A stretch of 64,000 nucleotides of DNA from Tubulanus polymorphus (Eukaryota; Animalia; Nemertea), in assembly GCF_964204645.1 (NCBI RefSeq), contig NC_134033.1:11106655-11170654 (forward strand), read 5' to 3'. The position numbers were made by a program, and so were the translations under genes. Shown piece by piece: positions 1 to 13,200 of this stretch. Position 1 is the first letter of the stretch; every line of letters begins with the position of its first letter. The notes beneath the pieces are model-generated. The model did not search any database. It saw only the letters and a list, made by a program, of their open reading frames with translations, and had not been told where the DNA came from.

Positions 1-498
1 AAATGGATAGATGATGAGCATCTTGACTCATCTTGGAACTAGCAGTGTGTTAACAGTAAAACATCAGACGATGTTGTTTGATTCTCTTGAGTGAAATTTT
101 AACGATAAAACTGCTGATAAACGACGATCTGAGACGATGTGAAAAATCAAAATTTTCTGGGGGTGGACCCCAAGACCCCCGTCATTACTTCGCGCCTTCG
201 GCTATGGCATTCGTTATTTCTGAGTTATTAAGTGATTTAAAATTTTCTGCCTTTTTAATGATGCCCTGTTATCTTCCTTGAGAACTGAGCTGTTAATAAA
301 TACTGGTATAGAATTTGGAGGGTTAAGAATAAAATGACTCTGAATACTACTTTCAAAATAACATTTTTTACTATCACTTACCTGACCGCAGTACTCTGAA
401 ATGTATCTTTTGAGTTTGGCAAATGCCAAGAGCAAATGCGGACCTGGCCTGATTGTACGGTCAAAACAAAGACACTGAAAAACGTGTTTCTATTTTAG

Positions 499-2481
499 GT
501 CACGATGAAATCCGCATAGCGGTTGCGCTCGGTTACACGTGCCACCTGGTGTTGATGATCAGTCAGGTGTTGGACGTACCGCTGCGATACTCGATGGAAC
601 ATTTGGCGTCGAGATCGAAAATCAGAGATCATATTCACGATAAACTCGCCGATAAAGACCGAGAGTAAGTTATCAATACTCGGTTACCGTTGTTAGGACA
701 GAAGAATTTAGTGTGTGACGTTAAAGCACGGACACATACCGGGGAATACTTGAGAATTTATTTCTATATGGAATTCCGACACTTTGTGTTTAGTTTATCA
801 TAAGCTATTGGGTTCGAATCCCACTATAACCATAACCATTTGTGTGTAGCAGAGTCAGGGGCTGACTCGGTGCTAATGGGTTAAGCGTTTCACACAAGTG
901 GACTGCAGCTCTAGTTTTAGGCATTACCAGTTTCAGTCTTACTTACCAGTGACAGTAACGGGAAATTCAAGCTGATTTCATCTATATATTTTCAGTTTTC
1001 CCTTGTACAGTAAAGGAAAGGAAAAATTCCAGTTTAATTACGCTGTATATCTGTTAAATAAAAACATCGCGCAAGTAAGTTAGATCCTCACCACAGGTGG
1101 CTGTAGAGCATTTCAAGTTGAATACGCGTTGAAATTTTGTCTCGTTTTTAGTTGCGGAACTATTGCGGTCTGGGGACGCACGACCTTCGTTTGACCTTGC
1201 AGAATGTGAAAAGCCTTTTGGAATTACGACTGGGAGTAAAATTGTAAGTATGAATTCAACCAGGGTCCAGCTGCGGCGAGGGAGGTTCGCTTATAGTCAA
1301 AGTTACTTGGCTTTCTGTGCTTTAATTTCCTTAACATTTCAGTAAAAATCTAAGGCCAGGTTCAGACAGGGTGTTTGTAATGTGCTGTACATATTTCAGT
1401 AGACCAGGCTGCAGCTTGGTGACATTTTTAGCTCCCCCGTCCACTATCACCTTGTTTCATGAACTTGTCCTTGTTTCATATCCCTCAAATTGATATCCAA
1501 ACCCCCTCCCCTGTTGAATCTAACCCCTTCCCCTCCCTCAGTCCCCCTATTGAACTGATTCGCTGTCGTTTATTTATTTCTAGTGATCAGTACCGAGCTA
1601 CGGTTATGAGTTTGAATCCATCGACTAACAACGTCTCGCCGGGTACGTCACCTCACAACGAGGCCGCCGATCGGCCTCGCATTCGCGGCAACAGTTCATT
1701 CGAAGAGATCCTATTCCAGGAGGCGGGACGTAAAAAAACCATTTCCGAGAAATCGTCGGATTTACCGCCAGCTGCTGAAACGATTCCGGAAACGACGACG
1801 ACGGCGCCACCTACACCGCCGGCAGACGGACGTCGAGAGATTCCGCGTCCGGTGGCAATAGATGGCGATAGTAGTCGCGATAGTAGCGTAGATCATAAAG
1901 AACGCGAAATGGAAGAATATTACGAAACGCTCGTTAGACGTTTAACGATTAACGAGACGACAGACGGAATAACGACGAGTCACGTGACTAATCAATCTAA
2001 CGACCATGACGACGACTTTAATAACTGTGATAATTTACCGACGAACTCGAATGGGAATAGTTTTAAAACGTGGAATAACGGCGCGAAAATGGCGACCGTG
2101 GCTGAAACGCAACAACCGACGACGACGACGCTGAACGAGTTCGAGGTCAGTACGAAATTGTTTAAATGTAATACGGACGATTTCAGGATGATGGAGCCAC
2201 CCTCTTCCTCCTCCGCGACTGAGCAACAACAACAGGAGGACGACGATGCTGAAATCTGTGATCGGACATCTTTAAGCAGCATCCAAAGCGATGAATCGTG
2301 TCACAGTTTCGACGGGTTGCTAAGCGGTCTCCGCGACGACGAGGACAATAAAGATATACAGCTACGCACGGCGTTGTTATCGCAGAAAGCGCGGGGTAGC
2401 TTCCGATTGGCTAATAGCAGCGGCGTTACCGTAGAAACGAGTGGTCATAATACAACAGATAATAATAGTTCAGCTAGTTGA
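499..2481 (+). CDS. UVRAG: UV radiation resistance-associated protein, last 4 coding exons (5' part outside the window)
   Basis: Exons 499-664, 996-1074, 1152-1243 and 1584-2481 have GT-AG ends and consistent phases. They read ...[22 protein letters not shown]...[56 protein letters not shown], matching the UVRAG BARA2 region (FPLY...[11 protein letters not shown]). A long acidic/Thr-rich tail follows. AATAAA at 2604-2609. Confidence 0.93.
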
Positions 2482-2678
2482 ATAGAAATTGACCAATCAG
2501 CGTTCCCGATTTATTTGGATTGCTGCGATTGGATCATTCAAATTATGTGATTATGATGACATCGTTATATCAAATTCCAACATTTATTGATTTTGCATAT
2601 TTAAATAAAATTATATTGATTATGTGTTGTTGTGTTACTGTCGTCGTCAGTCGAGTCTTCCTTAGGAGTTGATGGTGG

Positions 2679-2768
2679 GTTTATTAAACAGGCCAACACT
2701 AGGGTTTCTGTGTTTATTCTCCGGCCAACACTAGGGTTTCTGCATTTATTAAACAGGCCAACACTAGG
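2679..2768 (-). repeat. ~3 units of the 33-bp minisatellite, inverted relative to the array at 15.56-16.62 kb
   Basis: gtttattaaacaggccaacactagggtttctg is the reverse complement of the unit at 15560-16622. Confidence 0.9.
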
Positions 2769-3500
2769 TCAGAAAGTGTCTCCAGTTAATCCCAAAATAA
2801 GACGACACATAATATATAGTAAAACATAATTAGATTTTTATTGAAACGCAATAAAATAGCTAGACATCATTACTCACACATTCAGAGAAATAAATCTACG
2901 AAACATTGTAAATTGTAATCTATCAGTCTCAGATAAAACCAAATACAGTCGAATCTGCTAAATTTGGATCAACAAAATTCATCCGGTTTACGGGAAATCC
3001 AGATTCAAAGTCATTTTCTTGTATATTAATGAACAAATGGACTGTAATTGATGTCTGGATTAGACCAAAACCCGGATTAAGCGGTTTTTGGCGGTATGTT
3101 CTTGTGCAAATCAGGTTTATGTCTTGTTGCGAACACGGGCATTAAACAGAAGAGGTTTTTTTAACGCACCACTGAGACTAATCGAAATAATAGTAAGTTA
3201 CTAATGACATTATTCAACAAATGAAACAATGATGAGTTTGTTTGGTACCCGGTCTCAATATCCCAGCACTCGCGATATCCCAGCACTCGATTTCCTAACT
3301 GTGTATACAACATCAATTTTAACGTGCCAGATTATTGATTGTATGACGACCTTGAGAAACTCGCAGCGAGTGATGTTGTTTCCAATCTTACTTTGTTCGA
3401 TTGATCGATTTATTTAAAAACAGCTGCTCTCCGACGTACGAAACCTATGTATTGTAAACCGGACAATGACGAGACGCTAACCATCTCGTGGTGGATGTCG

Positions 3501-6500
3501 TTAAGTAGCCTCCTGCAGTAATAAGTTCATGGCGGTGTTCATATCGTTGTGAGTCATCGTTAAAGCGTTCAGAACGCTATCACGCGGGAATCCCATATCG
3601 ACTAATAATTGTACCTACGATAAAATAACATTGTTCCATCAACTGGAATATTCCCGAAAGCAGCAAGAAGAGGGCTGTCTGTTCCCCCTATGACATTATC
3701 AATTATCTATAAACCTTATTAGAAGAGGGTTGTCTAGTCCCCCTATGACATCAATTATATAGACCATGCCAGAAGAGGGCTGTCTCAGTGAAGTCCCCCT
3801 ATGACGTCATCAATTATCTATAAACCTTATCAGAAGAGGGTTGTCTAGACCCCCTATGACATCATCAATTATATAGACTATACCAGAAGAGGGCTGTCTC
3901 GGTGAAGTCCCCCTATGACGTCATCAATTGAAGTGAAAAGTCTGAACTTACTGCATGTTCTGGTGGAGGGGGCGAAGGCTGCTCTTCATTCTGATGTCCA
4001 AATAAACCTATTCCATTGTTCTACAAATCAGAAAGAAAACAAATCAAATTCATAAAGAGGTTCGCCTAGGAACAGCGGTTCACCTAAAATCAGAGGTTCA
4101 CCTAGAACCAGCAGTCGCAGGGAACGTATAAAAGTTCTTCAACCGGACCGGCGTGCTCGTCCGCTAAAAAGTCGTTTGGACGTGGGCCTCATGTGGCCAG
4201 CTAAACGAACTAGGGACCCAGAGCACCATGCCCACTTGGTGAAATGCTTGAAAATCTGACAAATCAATACTCAACGCCCTCTAGTGAACAAATACAGTAA
4301 TCAATGACCTTTTAGACATTCTACACACGAAGACTGATAAAACTAAGATGGCCGCCAATTGCGTAAAAATTGACTGATCGAAAAACCCATCTGAGGTCTT
4401 GGGATGCCTACCCCAAGTTAGAGGTAACAGAAAATAGAAAATAAGTGATAATCACATAGTCATATAAAACATGTGGTAAATTTGATACAATAAATAAATA
4501 CATGAGAATCTTTAGTTTTATTATCTAAGGTTTCATATTGTACGTTTTATTAAAAAGACGATCATTAAGATAATACCAGAAATAATAAAAGCATTATCAT
4601 AACGACCAACTTTTTAATAAACGGAACAACATCAAAACAAACGGTTATATCCGGAATATAAAGCACTAATCTAAGGATCAGCAAGACCCCCACGAGTTTA
4701 ATGAAAAACATCTCAAATTATTAGAAAAATTGTATTCTACGACGAAGATTTATGGATTCGAAAGTGAATATAACATGGAAGATTTCGACAGTCTCGGTAC
4801 CTTCTGTGAGTAGAGACAGAACTCATTCTGCTACGTACTTCTTACCACGTGAACAGTAAAAACAGTAAGTTGATTTTACAACCTTGTTCTCATTTTCAGA
4901 TACTGGTTTTTACTTAACCGCAGTAAGAGACAGAGTCTACTGTATTTCACGAACTCTTACTCGCTATTTGACACCATCTCGAGGCAGGGTTCATAGTGTC
5001 CCTGACCAATCTCATTAAATGACTTTCAAGGACTTTTTTAACTTCGATTCGAAGGCTTATATATAATCGACAGGAATCCTGAAATCTACACTTTCCAGGC
5101 ATTTTTTTATAATAAGTAGATTTTAAGAGCTGTTACAGTGAACTTGGATCTGCAGATGATAACTAATAACTGATGCCATTCACAGACAATGACAATGATT
5201 TTAGGATTTCATAGCACATTCAAGGCCTTGAATTGATCCATTCCCGTTTCAAAACTGTTCAGGACCTTCAAGGAACCCAACTCAAGGTAGAATTTACTAA
5301 GAAACAAAATGATATTTTCTCGAGCATTTTTTTTCCAGATCGAAATCACCATGAAATATTTGATGTTGATCGCTTTAATCGCCAGCGTGGTCGTCATGAC
5401 GATGTGCGCCGAGGAGGAGGGGTTAGGCGCCGAAATGAAACGACATCCTCGACACAAACCGCGCTGGTTAATGACGTTCGACGAACGAGTCGCTGCTGAT
5501 ATCGATTGGGTCGTGTATCACCTCGGCGAAACGCATGATATTGAAAATCTGGCCAAAGACGATCCAGTGAAAGAAGCGCTTACAGCTTTACAGACCAAGG
5601 TCGACGAACTACTGGCCTAGAAGCTGAATATATTTTGAAATAATTCATTTTAAAAGAAAATCAATTCGTATTTTCTAAAATTCTAAAACGAATCTTTCAT
5701 CAATCTGTAGTGTCAGGTCGCTATGACAATTGTACTCATTTTTGGCATTAATTTAAAATAAAATATAGCGCCTTCGAATTTACCCTTCCGGATTATTTTT
5801 ACAGGCATTCTACAATGTTCTACATTCTACATGTTAACGATATCCCCGATTCTAAACTCGCTCACATGTGGTTCAAACTCATGTGAAAATATTTGCATGC
5901 TTTAATGCAACTAAGTACTGTAGGATAGTTTCTGGGCTCAAGATGTGACTAGGGCAGATACCTGTACAAACCAAATATCAAGACGATACATTGAAGCGTC
6001 TTCAAAACTCTCCATAATAACTGGATTACCTATTGTGTTAAATAAACTTGACTTGACACACAGAATGTATACACAGATATATTTCAAACACCTGACAAAG
6101 CAAAATTCTAGAAGTCTAGGGGTAAAACAGACACAATTTTCCGAGGTGCTGAAGGTTTAATCTTGTTTTACGAAGTTGGGCCCAGGGGGCCGGTTGCATA
6201 GTCATGGCTTAGACTTAAGACCAGTGTAAGACCAACTTAGTTCTATAGTCGATCTAACAACTTAAGACCAGTCTTAAGATTTAAGACCACTTTTGGACTT
6301 AAGTCACGACTGTGCAACTGGCCCCAGGAACTATTACACTATGCGTTACACACTGTCGACTGGAATATTTCTACTCACATGTACAACACGACCGCGGTTT
6401 CTATATTCTCGCGCTCGTTGTAACGTCAACTGTTGTTCTAGATGTTCCATTTGTTGCTGGCGTTGAATTTCTAGCGTAGCTCCCATCGGTACCGGATTAG

Positions 6501-7558
6501 AGGGCGCCGGCGACGATAACAATTTGCCGATGGTTTTCGAAGCGACTCGAGCGAGACACATCGGAACGCGTAACCAATGCTGAATCTTTAGGAAATTCAC
6601 TCTATACAATAAACCAGACACCTACAAATAAATGAACTTCCGTCAAAATATTGGTAATTTTACTTTCATCTGCAAGTTAACAACTAGCTGTTCAAACCAG
6701 ATTTCCCAGGACATACATAACGCTTAAAATTGCGTACTTTTGAAAATGAGCAATATTTTGCAATACGGCTTTAATGAATGACCTTTTTAACATGCTAGCT
6801 GTGATATTAAATATTTCGTAGTTCCGGTCGTGCCACTTTTGTCCCACCCACTGCGCCAGTTAATTCATAACTGATGGTCTTTCCACTTTTTAATGTTGCA
6901 ATAATAACACGATTCCACAATTAGTTACTTACAATTCCACAAATTCCAACAAGTATCGACTCTGTAGAAGTGCTAGTGATCTGTAACGAAACAATAAGAT
7001 ATAGGCTGTAGATACCAGCTACAGCAATAAACGAATCAATATCCCGCGCAAGAATCACTTTATTTTACCTGTAAACCTAATATATACATGAAGGATTTCC
7101 CAGTAACGGGAATTCCCCAAATGTGCGTCATAGCAACTCGCGGCATATCACAGAAAAATGGTACAAACATCGGGAACAATAAACCATACCTGGAAAAAAT
7201 CATTACAAATTACTGAGCTTAGAAACATTAAGTGTCACTACCTAGAGACTAATATTTCAATGTCGCAAGTGAAAACCAGAATGATGTATCAAGTAGGATT
7301 CAATTGGATTTGATTGAAAGCTTTTTGATTATGTGAGTTTGAGTGTAGATCGAATACTTACGGTCCTGATGGTAAAGTATCTATATTTATAACATCTCTG
7401 AATCGATATAAAACTGCTAACGATGATAATTCTAACACTGTAGATACTGTACAAGTCGCCAATAAATATGACTGAAATCACAACAAAATAAACAAATTAC
7501 AACTTCTGAAAACTGCATATCGACCCGAAGACAGACTGCAGAATGCTGTTCAGTTATC

Positions 7559-7594
<36 letters not shown>

Positions 7595-9273
7595 TCACAT
7601 TTATATAGCGCCTGTTTCACTAATAATAATGTTCACCAGCGCTTTGTATGGTAGTGGTGCTGAATTCAGAGAGCATAGGCTTTGCAGAAAAGCGAATGTT
7701 TTACTCTCTGTTTGAAAGTGTTGATTTCAGTTATATTCCGTATATTCGCGTCGAGAGAGTTCCACAGAGTTGGAGCAATACATTGGAAGCTACGTCCACC
7801 AAATGTTTTAAGACGGTAGCGATACGTCGTTAGAAGATTGCAAGAACTGGATCTAAGTGAACGTGCCGGTACATATGGAATGAGCAGTTCATGAGTTGTT
7901 CGTTTATCTTATCATGGAGTAACACCCTTCATCTAGTTCTCGGATCCATCTCTCGGTTACGACTAAGTTTGTTTCCTGACTTGCAAACCGGAAAATGAAA
8001 CATAGTCACACTTTATATGGCAAAATGCTGTAAGTTATCGTTGCGATGCTGCATATATGTTAAATCATGGAGTTATACCCTTCCTCTAGCTCTTGGTTGC
8101 ATCTTTTCACATGGGCTCGTTTCAGAGTTGTAGGTAATGTAAAAACGATAATCTGTTAATCCAATATATATATTATCAATGTTAATCCATAGCATTTTCG
8201 GTCCAGGCGATTTCGGTCTGAATTTCGCGTTCAAAGACATATAATTCACGAACTATTCATCGGAAGTTAACGGGATTAGTTTCGTTAGAAGCAGGAAGCT
8301 ATTGGCTTTCATATCATGCCTGGATTATAGAAATCGGACGAGAAATAACTAAATAGTGAGCGACTGAAGTTGAGTAGTTTGTGAGCGTCGTTAGCCCCCT
8401 TGTTATTTTACATATACTATATACGTTGGATTAACAGATTATCGTTTTTACATTACCTACAACTCTGATACGAGCCCCTGTGCATCTTTTGGTGCTAACT
8501 GACTTGCAAACCCGAAAATAAAACATCGTCCACCTTAGGGTGTAAATAGTAATTTTCTAGGGTCTCTGAATTTCTCTAAGCCTCCACATCTAAAGGTGGC
8601 TGGTTACTTACCGCAAATTTACAGGATCCATATCTTCGTTCAAATATTCGGAAGTAATAAATAAGCAGACCGCCACAAATCAAATCTTTTGTATCTAAAA
8701 ACGCTATTTTACTCGTTAATATTCTCCATAGCTGAAACAAGACAATTTGTTACGAATAAATCATATGACAAAAATCAAAGATATTGAATAAATATAAATA
8801 CATAAATGTAGAATGTTTTACATTTACGTTTCCTACTTAATAAGTCAAATCAGCCTTATACAACCTGGTTTATGAAACACAGGTACGATAAGCTTAGATA
8901 AGATATGACTGTAGACAATATGAAAGCACTAGTGCCAAAAAGAATGAAGAACTTTTACTAGATAGAGAACTCACCTCCAATCTTTCGAATATTCCTTCAT
9001 AACTATAGATAAATAAATGTCTGTAATTGTTGAAAGGAACGCTCAACGCGAACGATGTTAAAACAACCGTGCCCAGAAAACATTTACTCACTGGAACATT
9101 ATCTGAAAGTGAAAACAAACGCAAAATGTCACAATATAATTTACTTGAATTTAACTTCACAGGTGATGTTTGTCGGTTTGTTCTCGTTTTGCAGCGAATT
9201 CAATGAATCTTGATGCATTTTTCACTTGTGAGATAAACTTACAGAATCCAGAATGACTGTACGGTGTAAACAT
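3501..9273 (-). CDS. UBAC2: Ubiquitin-associated domain-containing protein 2 (rhomboid pseudoprotease + C-terminal UBA)
   Basis: Nine exons: 9243-9273, 8975-9102, 8612-8731, 7362-7471, 7069-7189, 6933-6980, 6379-6621, 3952-4020, 3501-3614. Peptides MFTPYSHSGFYNVPVSK, LWRILTSK..LLIYYFRIFERRYGSCKFASYL, MGATLEIQRQQQME and the UBA domain VQLLVDMGFPRDSVLNALTMTHNDMNTAMNLLL match UBAC2. Confidence 0.95.
3668..3929. repeat. ~55-60 bp tandem repeat (~5 units) in the last UBAC2 intron
   Basis: Recurring agaagaggg(c/t)tgtct...ccccctatgac...tcaattat. Confidence 0.85.
5351..5620 (+). CDS. Unknown 89-aa secreted prepropeptide, nested antisense in UBAC2 intron 7
   Basis: ATG in accATG context just after a strong acceptor (ttttttttccag, AG 5337-5338). 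The ORF has a hydrophobic signal peptide MKYLMLIALIASVVVMTMCA, an acidic spacer EEEGLGAEM, a dibasic KR site and a 58-aa Cys-free mature region. It is GC-richer than its flanks. AATAAA at 5757-5762. Confidence 0.8.
   Translation: MKYLMLIALIASVVVMTMCAEEEGLGAEMKRHPRHKPRWLMTFDERVAADIDWVVYHLGETHDIENLAKDDPVKEALTALQTKVDELLA
6186..6324. mobile_element. ~140-bp MITE, PIF/Harbinger-like; copy 1
   Basis: Imperfect TIRs ggggccggttgcatagtcatggctt / aagtcacgactgtgcaactggccc with CAG flanks. A near-identical inverted copy is at 28918-29056. Confidence 0.8.
7556..7593. repeat. (AAT)n microsatellite
   Basis: Direct reading. Confidence 0.95.
8108..8482. mobile_element. hAT-type MITE with ~60-bp TIRs and 8-bp TSD
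   Basis: cacatgggctcgtttcagagttgtaggtaatgtaaaaacgataatctgttaatccaa has an inverted copy ending ...gatacgagcccctgtg. TSD catctttt at 8100-8107 and 8483-8490. Termini are CA...TG. Confidence 0.88.
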
Positions 9274-10242
9274 CGCGTTAATCGCCGCGTTTACTGCTGA
9301 ATTTGTCTCCAAAATCGTAGTTAGATAAGCCTATAAGAATAGTTCCAAAAGCCGCCGCAACTATGAATGGCGCCACTGTACGGTCGTTGATTTATACCCG
9401 CATCGGGTTCGAATCAATCACAAGTTCAAAATCGTGCCAACAATCCCCAATATAAAGTTGATGACCGTATCAGATATGACCGATACATAGCGAAATAAAG
9501 AGAAGACAACTTACAAATACTGTCATATACCCAACTTTAGCGCAGAGCGCTGTATTTTGGCAGTCACTCATGGAGTTAATGAGTTAATATTCGAAATGAA
9601 TTAAATGTAAAAAACCTAACCGTGGAATTACTCTGTCCCATATTGACCATTTTAGCTCAAAATTTGAGTATTCCGAGAGATGTAGATGATCTATCCAAAT
9701 AGTCTTAAAACCGACCAAGAAAACCAACCTGAAACCTGACATTTTGAATGTTTTACCAATTCCTTAAAACAAAACAAAATTGCTGCTTTATTTTTTTGGT
9801 GATAAACAACAATATACTTTTATTCATAGACAAAAATACTTTGTTACATATAACAATATAATTTAATCACAGTTTATATCAAATCATTTATTTTGAGGTA
9901 CAAACATTTGAATAGATATTTTAGTGAGGCATATCATTTTACATTCATGTGTGCATAAATCAATTTTCTACTTATAATCTGCAATGGTTAATTTTTCCTT
10001 ATTGATCACTCAATTTGGCCTATAGTGATTTTTGTCCTGAGAAATGTGTTAATTGGAGTCAGAAAATAGACTAAATAAGGTTCTACTATTTGTGCTTGAG
10101 TTATGCGATAATTCTGACTTGAAAGAAGCCGAATTAAAGCTACCGTATTTGATCCCATAGTTGCAAACCTTTCTTCGCGCTTTAACAGTGCTTGACAAAG
10201 AATAAAGGACGTAGGATTCAAGAATAATATCTAAGATTCACT

Positions 10243-13200
10243 TCAGTATTTAGCGACCAATTCCGCGATTTTCTTCATGAATTGTTGCTGATCCGATTTA
10301 CTAGAACTCGATCCGCCGAGGTACAAATGTTTCGGTTCAATTTTACGATCTACAAAATACAAAAACGCCGGCGTAAATTTACACGTTTAACAGAGATAGA
10401 GGCAACACCTACGAAACAAGTGTAGACGGCTTAGCGTTTGAGCGAGCTTTTTAAAATTAATATTCATCTTTCTAACTTTAAATAGTCTTTATATAAAGAA
10501 TCATGAGTATGATATGAGAACTAGGTGTCAGAAAAATTGTAGACATCACGACTCAACGAACTAACACCTAGTGACATATTTGAGAGACATTAATTAATTA
10601 TTGATGAGCACTGACTAGAGCTAATTACTATGAAAACATATTGAGTAATGTCACATATTGATTACGATTAAAGCACATATAAATGCTATATTCATAAGTT
10701 ATTTACATTATTAATATTAGTATTATTGTTAAGCATTTCCATGTAGTAAGAGATATGAAATATTACGAACCGTTCCTTATGAAATTAGTATGAAATAGAT
10801 ATAAATATGATTATGAAATATGTGACTTATATCAGTGTGACAGATACCTTGATAAAATTCACCACTTGGAAACGATGTTGCGCAATCCGCCAAACAAAGC
10901 CATACCATAGTATCGGCACCTTCTTCAACTGAACGTAGTCTGTGTTTATTACTTTCGTAAAATTCCGGCATCGACATTTGAACAGCTGAAAATGAAAATG
11001 AGGATATATTATTTGGTGGCGGCGAGTGCCATCATTGTGTAGGTATCAATCATCAGCCTCATCGCGGCACAACAGACCTACAAACTGACAATGACCTACG
11101 TACCATTTCCATACAAGAGATCATTCATTTCTTATATACCCTCCCCCCCTGAAGGTAAGCATACTTTATTCAGCACCACCTCGCATATGTACTGTCCTCA
11201 GATAAAATTTCAGGGTCCTGACCTGTTTTACGTTGTTATAACCTAACCTTTTTTCTAACACCCTCAACCCGCCAAGAGCCACGCCGGGCATTAGAAGCGG
11301 GTTCGATGTTCCTAACCTAACCTAGACTGTATATATATATATACATTTGAACTGACCCCCTCTTTTTTCGATCCCTGCCTATTTCAACCCGACTTGAGAG
11401 CAATTTGGGTGGCCTAGCTAGCTAACTTTTGGTAGTACATACCTGATAAAAGTCTTATTAGGGCCAGAATGCATTGGCAGCTGACCTAAAATATTTTTAA
11501 TCCACTTTAAACTGTATTGAAGGATATCTAAGAAGTCTGCATTGAGAGGGGTTCCTGAGAGAAAAGAAACTATATGATTTGAAAGTTTAACAATATGTCT
11601 CCATGCCTACCAACTGAAGTTTGGTACGTAGGCATGGAAACATTTTGTTAAACTTTCAAATTATGGAGTCACTTCTCTTCATTTAACCCCTTTCAGTGAA
11701 CACTTTTTGGATATCCTTCAATACAGTTTCTAATGGATTAAAAAATGATGATTTAGACCGACTGCCAGTCCTTTCTGGTCCCATTAAGACCATTATCGTT
11801 TATGTACTACCAAAAATTACCTATTTAGGCCACCCGGAATGCTCTCAAGTCAGGTTGAAATAGACATTAACATACCTGGTGTATCAGCCCAGCCCGGATG
11901 AGTACAAGAGAAGTGAATATCAGGATACTGTTCGGCCCACTCTTCAGTCATTACAACTTGCTGCCGTTTATTTTGAGCGTAAATCGCTATTCCGCTAAAC
12001 GCTACATTGTCAAGTTGAGGATTTGAATGATTTAATTTCTCCGTCAACATGCCACCAGATGTCACTGTTACCTGTAATATAACGCGTAGATATTTAGAGA
12101 AAATCATCCTATGTCAAAAATCTAAATTCTATTGAAACCGGTTCCCACATCACCGCAATGACTCCCCCACAAATACTTACAACCCTAGATTTTGGCTGTT
12201 GTCGTAGGACTGGAATCAATCCTTTCGTTAACAAATATGTACCTGAAAAAAAAATACCCCAAAATAAAAGACAATTTGATAATGAATATAAACTACTACT
12301 GGTACTGTAGCATACTACAGTCGACCCCATATAATAGGGATTGGTTTAATCCGGATTTTGATACATTATTTCATCCCTCACAAATGATCTAAACGATAAA
12401 GAAGGGTTTACTGTAACTTAGGCTACGATCGTACAAGCGTTTTCTTATCAGGGCTTAACGTTTACACTAGTGCCAAATACATCAGTGCCTGTTTGAAAAC
12501 GGCCAAACTTGGTTCGACCTCAAAACTTCGGAACCCGACAAGTGCCAAATTTCAGCACGGATCAAATTATTCCGCGTAAATACGGAATTCTAACTGGTTC
12601 CAGAAGTGTAACATGACCAAATCTAACCCCAGTTTGACCCGGGCCAATTCACCTCCCTGTGAAATTGCGCCTTTAAACTCCATGTTCTCTTTATGTTTTC
12701 TCGAGGTTACCTAAAGTGTTTGTGGCAAAGTTTTTTTCAATTCCATCCGCCGTTTTTTCGAGTTGATTGATCATACAGCCGGCATTATTTACCTGTTAAA
12801 ATGAAAAATACGATCGCGTGATCGAAGTAGAGCAAAATAATATCGTCAGTTTCTATATCTAAAGGCGATGTCTCTTACCAGTACGTTAAGCGTTTTGCCC
12901 GATTGTTGAAATTCCTGAGCAAATTTGGCGACTGCCGGCAAATCGGACAAATCCAATTCGTGCAAATATATCTCCTAAAAATAATCAATCATGCATTTGA
13001 ATAAAAAAATACATGACAAGTTCTTATAACACTTAAATTAGTTTCTGGATGAATGTCATTTCACAGATCCTGCTTCATCTAACTTAAGGTAGAAGATGTC
13101 ATCCTCACTTGCCAGGGGTCCGGTATCACTCCCGAACTTGCTTCCACCAGCCCCCTGGCCCAACGAAGCGTGATTTCATTACTGGCGCTGTTGCGCATGA

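Noticed and set aside
800-900. tRNA gene suggested by GGTTCGAATCCC (similar B-box-like words near 9405, 13398 and 35311)
   Set aside because: No cloverleaf or acceptor stem could be folded. At most these are SINE-like remnants.
1625-2282. Minus-strand ORFs over the UVRAG last exon
   Set aside because: Antisense shadows of a real coding exon.
5309-5350. Upstream ATG extending the nested peptide ORF to 103 aa
   Set aside because: It lies in a polypyrimidine tract before a strong acceptor. The ATG at 5351 gives a proper signal peptide.
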